A stretch of 36,043 nt of DNA. Origin: a virus. Lineage: Duplodnaviria; Caudoviricetes. Of the stretch, positions 8,440-17,330 are shown piece after piece. The position numbers and the translations under genes were made by a program. The stretch's first letter is position 1; each line of letters begins with the position of its first letter. The notes below the pieces were generated by a model. That model was not told where the DNA came from and made no database searches. It worked only from the letters and a program-made list of their open reading frames with translations. The stretch is from IMG/VR virus record IMGVR_UViG_3300042997_002641, positions 1 through 36,043 of that record; one strand, given 5' to 3'.

Positions 8440-10151
8440 GCGGCGCAGACCTCTTCGAAGACGACTACCCCCACGGCACCGTCGACGGCTTCAACGGCGG
8501 ATGCCGCGGCGGCGCCTGCCCCGCCGCAACCGAGCACGGCATGTCCTGCAAGCGCGCGAAGGCGCTATCCGCCGGCGACATCCGCTACAACCGCCTCGTC
8601 GCCCTCGGCAAGACCCCCGCCCAGATCGCGGCGATCATCGACGGCCGCGCCGAACCCGCCCCTGCACACACAACGAAGCCCGTCCCCCGCGCACCCAAGC
8701 CCGCACCACCGGCACCGGTCGAAGCCGACGCCACGCCCGCCCCCGGCGGTGTCCACACTGGCCCGGTCACGGTCATCACCGAACCGGACCATCCCGAGAA
8801 GTACGTCCCAACCCCTCACCACGGAGACGCCACCGAAACCCCCGCGGAGGAGAGCAACACCGGACCGGAAACCGACACCACGGCGACCACCGCCACGGCC
8901 CACCCGGAGACCGCGTCACCTACGTCGACCCCGATCGACCAACACAACGACGCCACGAAGCCCCTCACGACGGAGAAGTACACCGCCGGCCTCACCCAGC
9001 GCGCCCGAACATTCGTACTCCGCAGCATCCGCGAGTGGGCACGCGCCAACGGTTTCCCCGGCGTCCCCACCCACGGCAAGATCCCCCAGGACGCGCTCGC
9101 CGCGTTCGACCGGGCTCATCCGAACGGTCTGATCGGCCCCGAGGTCGAGGTGCCCGTGGAGGCGGAGCCGGCGGGTGTGGAGGCACACGCCGCGCAGCTG
9201 CGCGCGATCCGCGAGTGGGCGCGTAAGAACGGCTATCCCGGAGTGACGAACCTCACCCTCACCGACGAGATCCGCGCGGCCTACGATGCCGCGCACTCCA
9301 GCCCCCTTGCCGACGACGTGGTCACGGTCGCCGCCGAGGTGGCCGAGCACGTCGCATCGATCGATGGGCCCACGCCCGCTCCGGACATCGAGGCGGCAAC
9401 GCCGCTCGTGTCGGCCCCGGAGGTCGGGATGCGCGCCTGGGTGCGGTACGACGACGGGGTCGCCGTCGTCCGCGCCGTCGAACGCCACGGCAATGGTCTC
9501 CCCGACAGGGTGCGCGTTACCTTCCTCCCGAGCGTTCGCGACACCGAGAGCTACGCATCGATCGACTGGCTCAACATCGTCAGCGAGCCGCTCCCCGTCG
9601 ACGTGTTCACCTACGACCACTTCCCGAACGACGGCCAGGTCGGCGCGGACCTCGAGGAATGGGAACGGCAGGGACGGACGTGGACCACTCGCGCGCCGAT
9701 GCCGAAGGCACCGACCCCGCAGGACGTGGACGACTTCGCCGCCCGGCTCGATCGCGTCCGTGAACGCATCTCCATGCCCGTCATCCCCGTCGAAGAGGCG
9801 TTCGATCTCGTCGCCGGGCCGCTGCCACGCGCGGAGTGGGCCGCGGTCGCGATCAGCGAGGACGTCGACCACGCCCGTCGGATCGCCGCGCACCTCGAGG
9901 CAGAGAACGCGCGGATGACCGAGGAACTCCGCGTCGCGCACACCGCGCTGGAGACCACGCTGCGCCTGTGGGCGGAGAAGCTGCAAGAGAACGAGCTGCT
10001 GCAGCTGCAGCTGTTGGTCGCGAACGAGTTCATCCGCGAGCAGAACTTCACCATCAACGTCTCCGCGCTCCTGAACGACCAGCAAGTGCACCACCTCCAG
10101 AGCCAGCTCGCCGCCGCACGCGCGCCGTGGTGGAAGCGCGCGACCCGATGA
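8436..10151 (+). CDS. Multidomain protein with two Lsr2-like C-terminal DNA-binding domains, an N-terminal Cys/His cluster and a C-terminal coiled coil
   Basis: IREWARANGFPGVPTHGKIPQDALAAFDRAH and AIREWARKNGYPGVTNLTLTDEIRAAYDAAH; SD GAAAGGA before ATG 8436. Confidence 0.8.
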   Translation: MSGADLFEDDYPHGTVDGFNGGCRGGACPAATEHGMSCKRAKALSAGDIRYNRLVALGKTPAQIAAIIDGRAEPAPAHTTKPVPRAPKPAPPAPVEADATPAPGGVHTGPVTVITEPDHPEKYVPTPHHGDATETPAEESNTGPETDTTATTATAHPETASPTSTPIDQHNDATKPLTTEKYTAGLTQRARTFVLRSIREWARANGFPGVPTHGKIPQDALAAFDRAHPNGLIGPEVEVPVEAEPAGVEAHAAQLRAIREWARKNGYPGVTNLTLTDEIRAAYDAAHSSPLADDVVTVAAEVAEHVASIDGPTPAPDIEAATPLVSAPEVGMRAWVRYDDGVAVVRAVERHGNGLPDRVRVTFLPSVRDTESYASIDWLNIVSEPLPVDVFTYDHFPNDGQVGADLEEWERQGRTWTTRAPMPKAPTPQDVDDFAARLDRVRERISMPVIPVEEAFDLVAGPLPRAEWAAVAISEDVDHARRIAAHLEAENARMTEELRVAHTALETTLRLWAEKLQENELLQLQLLVANEFIREQNFTINVSALLNDQQVHHLQSQLAAARAPWWKRATR

Positions 10152-10981
10152 CCGCAGCCCCGACCCAGCCCCACCTGGGCGCCACGGACCCGGAACGCCT
10201 GCTCGCCGGGATCCGCGGGAACGTCTACCGCCTCGCGCTCACCACGCGCGTCGAGATCGACCGCGACCCACCCGCACGCACCAGCCGCGGACCCGCCGGC
10301 GCACTGCGACTCACCAAGCCCATCAAGGCCGCCGCGTACGCCCCACCCCTCCTCACCCAACTCCGCGACGCCATCCGCCCCAACCAGGGCCGCACCGACA
10401 GCGGCCGCGGCGGCGGCGCGCAAAGCCTCCCCTACGACGACACCGCCAGCGCCCTCCTCGCCACCATCGAAGGCGAGATCGCCGGCATGTACCGCTCCGC
10501 CCTCGAACTCGAACCCCTCGGCACCAGCGAGCAGCTCCTCCTCGAATGGCTCCGCGAATTCGAGTTCGCCTACCGCGCCGGCGACGTCGTCGACGCCCAG
10601 CTCACCAACTACCTCCTCCGCATCCGCGGATGGAGATTCACCATCGAGGACCACTTCACCCCGCCCCGCAAGCAGGAGTTCGCCCACTGCCCCGCCTGCG
10701 GCTACACCCACTACGAGACCTTCACCCACGGCGAGATCACCCGCCAACGCTGCGTCACCGTCACCTACTACCCCGGCAACACCCGCCGCCCACCCGTCGC
10801 CGAATGCGGACACTGCGCCGCCCGCTGGACCGGCGTCGACGAACTCGCCGCGCTCGCCGCAGCCGTCGACAGCATCCTCGCCGACGACGCGCACGCCCTC
10901 GACGAGCCCATCATCGCCCCCATCCCTGACGACCCTGCCTCCACCGACGAGCCCGACACCGAAGGGCGGCCCACCCCGTGA
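10148..10981 (+). CDS. Zinc-ribbon phage protein (possible late-gene regulator)
   Basis: CPACG...CGHC...W motifs in the C-terminal half; PPLLTQLRDAI motif. Confidence 0.65.
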   Translation: MTAAPTQPHLGATDPERLLAGIRGNVYRLALTTRVEIDRDPPARTSRGPAGALRLTKPIKAAAYAPPLLTQLRDAIRPNQGRTDSGRGGGAQSLPYDDTASALLATIEGEIAGMYRSALELEPLGTSEQLLLEWLREFEFAYRAGDVVDAQLTNYLLRIRGWRFTIEDHFTPPRKQEFAHCPACGYTHYETFTHGEITRQRCVTVTYYPGNTRRPPVAECGHCAARWTGVDELAALAAAVDSILADDAHALDEPIIAPIPDDPASTDEPDTEGRPTP

Positions 10982-11394
10982 CCGCACCCGCCGCGCGCCT
11001 GCTCCGCGACCACATCCTCGCTCAGCGCCTCACCTACAGCACCGAAGCCGACCTCCAGCTCGCGCTCAACGACGTCCTCACCCGCGAACAGACCCTCGGC
11101 AACCCCGTCATCATGTTCGACCGCGAACACCGCCTCGACCCCGAGAACCGCATCGACTTCCTCGTCACCCTCCGCCTCGGCCCCCGCGTCCACCGGCCCG
11201 AGACCCACATCGGCGTCGAGGTCAAGATCAACGGCGCGCTCGCCGCGGTGACCCGTCAGCTCGAGCGGTATGCGCAGTTCCCGTCGATCGACGAGCTGCT
11301 CCTGGTCACGAACCGCGCCCGCCACCACGGGATCCCGTACGAGATCTACGGCAAGCCGGTCGTGCTGTGCAGCCTGGTGGAGGCGGGCCTGTGA
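10978..11394 (+). CDS. PD-(D/E)XK-family nuclease-like protein
   Basis: E...RIDFLV...IGVEVK...QLERYA motif set. Confidence 0.72.
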   Translation: MTAPAARLLRDHILAQRLTYSTEADLQLALNDVLTREQTLGNPVIMFDREHRLDPENRIDFLVTLRLGPRVHRPETHIGVEVKINGALAAVTRQLERYAQFPSIDELLLVTNRARHHGIPYEIYGKPVVLCSLVEAGL

Positions 11395-13178
11395 GGACGC
11401 ACGGCACCTACCAGTACATCGCCGCGGCGTTCGCGCCGCAGGACGCCCCGCGCGGGATGTGGAAGCTCACCCTGGAGCCTGCGGCCGCGATGCGCGCGAA
11501 GCGGATCCTCGGCCGGGTGAAGCAGTCCCGTTCGGACTTCATCACCGTCGCGCACACGATCGAGGTGGCCCGCGACCTGGTCTGGTTCATGGACCGTTTC
11601 CCCCTCGAGCCCGTCGACGAGCGCTCGGCGAAGATCCTCACGAGGGCGTGCCAGGACCACGTCGACCGGGAGAACGCGATCGCGCGGATCATGACAGGCG
11701 ACGTCGCCCGCCTCGACATACCCATCGACGTCGCGAAGACGCCGCGCGAGTACCAGCTGCAGGCGCTCCAGCTGATCCGCACCCGCGGCCGCATCATCCT
11801 CGGCGACGACGTCGGCCTCGGCAAGACGTTCACCTCGCTCCTGACCACCACCCTCCCCGGCGCGCTGCCCGTCGTCGTCGTCCCACCTACGCACCTCCCG
11901 CGCCGGTGGGTGACCGAGCTGCAGGAGGCGTTCCCGTCGCTCAGCTACGACGTCGCCAGGGGCACCGTGCCGAGCAAGGAAGCGTTCACCGGCAACCTCG
12001 CCGATGTCACGATCGTCACCTACAGCAAGCTGTTCGGCTGGGCCGACGTGCTCTCCCGGTACGCCCGCACCGTCATCTTCGACGAGGCGCAGGAGCTTCG
12101 CCACGGCGCCAGCACCGACAAGGGCGCCGCGGCCGCGCAGCTTGCCGAACGCGCCTCCTACGTGATCGCCGCGACCGCCACCCCGGTCTACAACTACGGC
12201 TCCGAGATCCACAACCTCGCCGACATCATCGCGCCCGGCGAACTCGGCACGCGCGAGGAGTTCCTTCGCGAGTGGGGCGGCGCGACCATGTCGAACGGCC
12301 GCGCCATGGTGAAGAACCCCGCCGCCCTCGGCTCGTACATGCGAGAGTCCGGTTTCCTCCTCGCCCGCACCCGCGCTGAGGTCGGCCGGGAGCTGCCGAA
12401 GACGGTCAAGCACACCATGACCGTCGAGACCGATCAGGCTGTCATCGACGAGTGCAAGGCCGACCTCCGCCGCCTAGCGCAGCAGATCCTCTCCGCCGAC
12501 ACCGACCGGCAGGACCGGTTCCAAGCCGGCGGTGAGATCGACTGGAAGCTGCGCCACGCCACCGGTGTCGCCAAGGCCCCCTACGTCGCCGAGTTCTGCA
12601 AGCTCCTCCTCGAGTCCGAACGCAAGATCGTCATCTGGGCGTGGCACCGCGACGTGCACGACATCCTCATGCGCGAGCTCGCGCCCTACAACCCGCTGCT
12701 CTACACAGGCACCGAGTCGCCGAAGCAGAAGGCCGAAGCCGAAGAGGCCTTCATGGTCCCGCCGCTCGACCCGAACGACCCCGACGTCACACAGGCCCAG
12801 CTCGACGCCGAGAACCGCGTGCTCATCATGTCGCTGCGCTCCGGCGCCGGCGTCGACGGGCTGCAGAAGGTCGCCGGCGTCGGCGTGTTCGCCGAACTCG
12901 ACTGGTCCCCCGCCACCCACGAGCAGGCCATCGGCCGCATCCGCCGCGACGGCATGGACGTCGACACCCCGCCCGTCGCGTACTTCCTCGTCACCGACGA
13001 CGGATCCGACCCCGCCCTCATGAGCGTCCTCGGCATCAAGCGCAACCAGGCCGAGCCGCTGATCTCGAAAGACGGGCAGCTGTTCAACAACTCCACCGTC
13101 GACCCCGGCCGTGCGAAAGCCCTCGCCCGCGCCGTCCTCGGCATCCCCGACGAACAAGCCGAAGGAGACACGGCATGA
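11391..13178 (+). CDS. SNF2-family helicase/ATPase
   Basis: GDDVGLGKT (Walker A), DEAQ, ATATP, QAIGRIRRDG (motif VI). Confidence 0.92.
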   Translation: MRTHGTYQYIAAAFAPQDAPRGMWKLTLEPAAAMRAKRILGRVKQSRSDFITVAHTIEVARDLVWFMDRFPLEPVDERSAKILTRACQDHVDRENAIARIMTGDVARLDIPIDVAKTPREYQLQALQLIRTRGRIILGDDVGLGKTFTSLLTTTLPGALPVVVVPPTHLPRRWVTELQEAFPSLSYDVARGTVPSKEAFTGNLADVTIVTYSKLFGWADVLSRYARTVIFDEAQELRHGASTDKGAAAAQLAERASYVIAATATPVYNYGSEIHNLADIIAPGELGTREEFLREWGGATMSNGRAMVKNPAALGSYMRESGFLLARTRAEVGRELPKTVKHTMTVETDQAVIDECKADLRRLAQQILSADTDRQDRFQAGGEIDWKLRHATGVAKAPYVAEFCKLLLESERKIVIWAWHRDVHDILMRELAPYNPLLYTGTESPKQKAEAEEAFMVPPLDPNDPDVTQAQLDAENRVLIMSLRSGAGVDGLQKVAGVGVFAELDWSPATHEQAIGRIRRDGMDVDTPPVAYFLVTDDGSDPALMSVLGIKRNQAEPLISKDGQLFNNSTVDPGRAKALARAVLGIPDEQAEGDTA

Positions 13179-13492
13179 CCCAGCCGTACCTCATGTCGGA
13201 TGCCGACCTGCGCCGCGAGGCCAACGACACCCGGCTCACCTCCAAGTCCACAGCCGCCGAACGCGAACGCGCGGTCGCCCTTCTCGACGAACTGGCGGTG
13301 CGCCTCGGCCGACGCATCCAGACACAGACGATCGGCTGCTCACCCGACCGCTGCAACTACCCCATCGCCGTCGGCCTCGCCCCCGGCGCCGACGTGAGCA
13401 TCGACGGCGACGTGTGGCCCGGATCCCGCTTCGACCGCCACCTCGACACGTGCCCCAGCATCCGCCCCCGCACACCCAGCATCACCGACTGA
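13175..13492 (+). CDS. Hypothetical protein (Cys/His motif)
   Basis: SD GAAGGAG, ATGA overlap; C-x4-C...H-x3-C. Confidence 0.65.
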   Translation: MTQPYLMSDADLRREANDTRLTSKSTAAERERAVALLDELAVRLGRRIQTQTIGCSPDRCNYPIAVGLAPGADVSIDGDVWPGSRFDRHLDTCPSIRPRTPSITD

Positions 13493-13504
13493 AGAGAGCA
13501 CACC

Positions 13505-14107
13505 GTGAACACCACCACACCCGACACCTGGCACCGCGGCGACTGGATGCAGACGTACACCGGCCGCCAGTTCTTCCCCCTCGAACCCCGCCCCGAAGAC
13601 GTCGACATCCGCGACATCGCACACGCCCTGTCGCTCCTCTGCCGCTACAACGGCCACGTCACGCGCTTCTACTCCGTCGCCGAGCACTGCATTCACCTCA
13701 GCCACGCCGTCGCCCCCGAACACGCGCTCTGGGCGCTGCTGCACGACGCCACCGAGGCCTACGTCGGCGACATGATCCGCCCCCTGAAACGCTCGATGCC
13801 GGACTACGTCCTCGCCGAAGACCAGGTGATGGTCGCGATCGCCCAGAAGTTCGGGCTCGAGGTCTACGACGCCAGCACCTTCGGCACCGCCGACGTCGCC
13901 CTCACCGCCCCCATGCCGGTCGAAGTCAAGGCCGCCGACACCGCCATCCTCCTCGACGAACGCCTCGCCCTCCTTGCCGAACCCCCACGCCCCTGGTCCA
14001 CCGACGGCGGCCGCCTCGGCGTCACCATCCACGGCTGGGCACCCGACGAAGCCGAACGCCGCTACCTCGTCCGCTTCCACGAACTCCTCGTCCTCCACGG
14101 CCTCTGA
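13505..14107 (+). CDS. HD-domain phosphohydrolase (YfbR/YfdR-like 5'-deoxynucleotidase)
   Basis: DIAHALSLLCRYNGH, YSVAEH, LLHDATEAYVGD motifs. Confidence 0.88.
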   Translation: MNTTTPDTWHRGDWMQTYTGRQFFPLEPRPEDVDIRDIAHALSLLCRYNGHVTRFYSVAEHCIHLSHAVAPEHALWALLHDATEAYVGDMIRPLKRSMPDYVLAEDQVMVAIAQKFGLEVYDASTFGTADVALTAPMPVEVKAADTAILLDERLALLAEPPRPWSTDGGRLGVTIHGWAPDEAERRYLVRFHELLVLHGL

Positions 14108-14121
14108 GAACGGAAACCACC

Positions 14122-14718
14122 ATGAACCTCACCACCGCCATCGAAACCGCCCTCCACCGCCTCGCATCCCGCGTCGACCAGCTCCCCAACTACAACGACA
14201 TCGCACTCGCACTCGCCGCCGCCATCCAGGAACACTTCACCCTCCGCGCTCGCCGCAGCGCCACCGATACCCGCATGATCGGTTCGCCGCTCGACCTGGT
14301 CGAAGGTGACGCCGAGCACCGCGCACTGCTCGAGGAGAGCCGCATCGTCCGCGCGGTGATCGAACCCTCCACGTACCGTGACGGGCCGCGCCACGTCATC
14401 GTCGGAGAGCGTCAGGAGGGTAAGACCTACCTCGCCGAGCAGTGGCTCCTCAACGCGCCCGGCGGCGTCGAGCGGGTCCTCGTCACGTCCAGCCTCGCGA
14501 TGGCCGGCGAGATCAGGCACCGACTCGGCCTCAAGAACAGCGACTCGCGCGTCATCAGCTTCCACTCGCTCACCGGCCCCGGGCGCAGCGCCCGTGCCGA
14601 CGTCGAGTACGGATTCGACGAGACCGGCCGCATCCTCGAGCAGCTGCTCCGCCTCAAGCAGCCCCCGCACCTGCTCACCATCACCACCGCCGCCGAGTGG
14701 CAGGGGCGCGACGCATGA
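14122..14718 (+). CDS. Small P-loop NTPase-like protein
   Basis: VIVGERQEGKT Walker A-like and YGFDE Walker B-like motifs in ~198 aa. Confidence 0.6.
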   Translation: MNLTTAIETALHRLASRVDQLPNYNDIALALAAAIQEHFTLRARRSATDTRMIGSPLDLVEGDAEHRALLEESRIVRAVIEPSTYRDGPRHVIVGERQEGKTYLAEQWLLNAPGGVERVLVTSSLAMAGEIRHRLGLKNSDSRVISFHSLTGPGRSARADVEYGFDETGRILEQLLRLKQPPHLLTITTAAEWQGRDA

Positions 14719-15350
14719 ATCGGCGATCGCGGCGCCGCGACGACATCCGGCCCGAGGACGTGCCGCCGACGTCGGCATCCCTGGGCCCCGCTGACGTCGT
14801 GCACGTGCTCGGCGGAGAGATCCACGGAGCCATGCAGTGGCGAAAGGCCGACGGCACGACCGGCCACTACGCCGGCCCCCCCGTCGAGCTCGGGTACGGC
14901 ATCCCGCGCCGCATGCGCGACCACGGCATCCGCCGCGCGCTCTACGACGTCGCCTTCGGGTACGTCAGCGGCTTCCCCATCACCGACATCCTCACGTTCT
15001 CGGCTCAGGCGCTGTTCCCGCACCGCCAGATCCCCACCGTGCAGGCCGAGCGAGTCGCGTCACCCGGCATTCACGTCCCCCACCGCGTCACCGTGCCGCG
15101 CATCAGCCAGCCCGGCACCACCCGCCTCCGTCCGCGGATGTACGTCGACGGGTACGAGCTGCAGCCCGCCGCGATCGGCTGGCACATCCGCCTCCGACAC
15201 GCCTGGACCGACAACACCCCCTCGCTCGTCATGCAGGGCGCCTGGTGGGCGTTCACCGCCACCGGCGCACACCGCAAAGCCCACCGCCTCATCACCCGCG
15301 ACCGCCGCCACCGCGCCCGCGTCGCCGCAACCCAGGAGTACGACGCATGA
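14715..15350 (+). CDS. Hypothetical phage protein
   Basis: ATGA overlaps at both ends, C-ending codon bias. Confidence 0.65.
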   Translation: MNRRSRRRDDIRPEDVPPTSASLGPADVVHVLGGEIHGAMQWRKADGTTGHYAGPPVELGYGIPRRMRDHGIRRALYDVAFGYVSGFPITDILTFSAQALFPHRQIPTVQAERVASPGIHVPHRVTVPRISQPGTTRLRPRMYVDGYELQPAAIGWHIRLRHAWTDNTPSLVMQGAWWAFTATGAHRKAHRLITRDRRHRARVAATQEYDA

Positions 15351-15906
15351 ACGAATACGACGACGACGCCCTCAGCACCGACACCGTGCTCCGCGCGATC
15401 GCCAACAACGCCAACCCCCGACACCGAGCCATGACCACCGACGCCCTCGCCCGCGGCGCTCGCCGCATGCAGCTGCTCGACGAGATGCCCCTCGCCGACG
15501 CCATCGACATCACCGCAGCCGTCTACGTCGGCCCCGGATCCGAATGGGAATGCCCCATCATGTTCAGCGACGTCGGCGGCCAATACCCCAGCCTCGACGA
15601 CGACGCGATCGCCCGCATTCCCCAACTGGCGGCACCTCGGCGGAGAACGCGGCCCCGCCACGTTCAAGTGGAGGCTGCCGGCGGTGACGAGGGCTTTGAA
15701 GTGCTGCTGGATCATTCCCTGGGCGCATTCGGGGCATTGGTCTTCGGGGCCTGCGATGCGGAGGAAAGCACACCAACTGCACCACCATCGCCCTCACCCC
15801 CGAAGACCACTGGACCACCTGCACCTGCCACAGCCTCAAAGACCACAGCATCCCCACCGCCACCGCGCTCGCCGCAGCCCGCCGAGACCTCGCCGAACTC
15901 ACCTGA
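15347..15906 (+). pseudogene. Hypothetical Cys-rich phage gene disrupted by a local multi-fragment rearrangement at 15617-15766
   Basis: 5' part in one frame, 3' part (KHTNCTT...CTC...AELT*) in another; reordering three internal fragments restores a 182-aa ORF with CPECAQGKHTNC. Confidence 0.8.
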
Positions 15907-15948
15907 CCCCGACCGCCCCGCCACCGACCAGAACGGCCCCCACGCCCC

Positions 15949-16380
15949 ATGCCGAGCTACATCCTCAAGCCCAAGCCTGACGAGGACTATTACGTCCGCT
16001 ACTCCACCATCGTCGACAGCCCCACAGGCGGCGGCACCCGCGCCGAAATGCTCACCCTCGACGACGTCACCCCCGAGCGCCTCGACCGCGCCGACGACCG
16101 CGGCACCTCCGTCCACTACGGCCTCCCACCCTTCTACGGCTGGCACGAGGACCGCATCCAAGTCCGGGAAGGCGTCACCGACCCCACCCGCCCGAGCCCG
16201 TGGCACTACGGCTCCATCGCCCGAGCGGACCTCCGCACCTTCTGCGAGAGCCTCCAGGACGACGGCAACTTCCATCCCTCACCCGGACTCATCACCTGGA
16301 CCACCGACGACACCGACATCCCCGCCGCAACCCCCATCGCGCTCGCTGCGGCTCAGCCGGAACCGGAGCACCGTTCGTAA
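15949..16380 (+). CDS. Hypothetical phage protein
   Basis: Strong C-ending codon bias, protein-like sequence. Confidence 0.72.
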   Translation: MPSYILKPKPDEDYYVRYSTIVDSPTGGGTRAEMLTLDDVTPERLDRADDRGTSVHYGLPPFYGWHEDRIQVREGVTDPTRPSPWHYGSIARADLRTFCESLQDDGNFHPSPGLITWTTDDTDIPAATPIALAAAQPEPEHRS

Positions 16381-16498
16381 GCCGCCTCGAACCCGCCGAC
16401 ATCATCGACCGATCACTCCACGACGTCTTGGGCCGCCACGCGACTTGCGAGCAGGCCGCCGGGCAGCACCCGAACGGATGCACGCGCCAAAGATCGGC

Positions 16499-17137
16499 CT
16501 ACCAGTCCTTGATCTGCCTCTCGACAATTCCGTGAAGTCTGGCGGCAGTGCGTGTGAATTTGCGAGCGGTCGTGTGGCTCACATAGTCCGCCGTGCTGAC
16601 CTCGTGGAGCACACCACCGAGCGCATCCACGGCATCGACGAACTCGCGGTCGAGGAGGCCAGCCTTGCTCAAGATCAGCGCCGCGCGCGGGAGAGAGCCA
16701 AATCTGTAAGGTTCGCCGACCGCTCGGTGGTACAGCCTCCGTATCGAAGAGTCGAGACGGTTCCAGACGAAGTACATCTGGTCGAGGGCGTTCGGAATGT
16801 GGCCCACGGCTGACAGATCGTTGGCTGCCACCGCGTCCGCCAGGTCGGGCGACTCCACCTCTGCTTGCTCGCTGTCCGCCGCGCTGTCGTCAGGACGGTC
16901 GGATGGATCAGACGTGTCCGGCACAGGGAGTGAATGTTTCTCCGCATTCCGGGCGGCGGTCTCGGCCTCTCGGAGTTCTTCGCGGATCTCGAATTCGACG
17001 CCTGCGACTTTGCCGCTCCTGACGCGGCCGATCAGTGCTTTCAACGGCCGGTAGAAGACGATCGCGATAACAACGACCGCGACCGGCCACGACAGAGTCG
17101 TTGCGTAGACCGAAGCCGCGAACTCTTTCCAGTCCAT
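16499..17137 (-). CDS. Moron: N-terminal TM anchor plus helical C-terminal domain (HEPN-like fold possible)
   Basis: MDWKEF...LSWPVAVVVIAIVFYRPL TM segment; CATGCT -10 six nt before ATG; opposite orientation to neighbours. Confidence 0.72.
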   Translation of the reverse strand: MDWKEFAASVYATTLSWPVAVVVIAIVFYRPLKALIGRVRSGKVAGVEFEIREELREAETAARNAEKHSLPVPDTSDPSDRPDDSAADSEQAEVESPDLADAVAANDLSAVGHIPNALDQMYFVWNRLDSSIRRLYHRAVGEPYRFGSLPRAALILSKAGLLDREFVDAVDALGGVLHEVSTADYVSHTTARKFTRTAARLHGIVERQIKDW

Positions 17138-17247
17138 CCCCGAAGCATGACAGACAGCTCGCTCCGCCACTGACTCGACAAAACACCTCCCGGCTAGCCA
17201 CCAGCGACACGCTAAGCGCTCGCCGCGTGCGCGGACCGGTTTTCGCG

Positions 17248-17256
17248 TGGTACATT
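17248..17256 (+). promoter_or_regulatory. Probable late promoter, extended -10 (TGgTACATT)
   Basis: TG-n-TACATT in the intergenic gap ahead of the HNH/structural operon. Confidence 0.55.
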
Positions 17257-17284
17257 TTCGGCGCGCGGTAGAAGTGTTTCTACC

Positions 17285-17330
17285 GACAGAAGCCCCGATG
17301 GCCGTTCTCGGCCTCGGGGCTTCTGTCATT
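17285..17330 (+). terminator. Hairpin/terminator in the late leader
   Basis: GACAGAAGCCCCGA (17285-17298) pairs with TCGGGGCTTCTGTC (17314-17327), inner GGCCG/CGGCC stem. Confidence 0.65.

Noticed and set aside
13505-14107. DatZ-like dATPase implying a Z-base (2-aminoadenine) genome
   Set aside because: No PurZ, MazZ or DNA polymerase gene in the window; a lone HD hydrolase is common in temperate phages.
14122-14718. Relocated large terminase
   Set aside because: Far too short, no nuclease domain, and located in the early region.
15617-15766. Shufflon/invertase-controlled cassette as the cause of the scramble
   Set aside because: No conserved recombination sites flank the pieces (only 4-6 nt TTCC/CATTCC similarities), junctions carry extra bases, and no dedicated invertase is adjacent.
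14837-16813. 658-aa ORF in the ORF track
   Set aside because: Chimeric: only 15347-15618 is real coding in this frame; the rest is off-frame read-through caused by the scramble and by stop-poor high-GC DNA.
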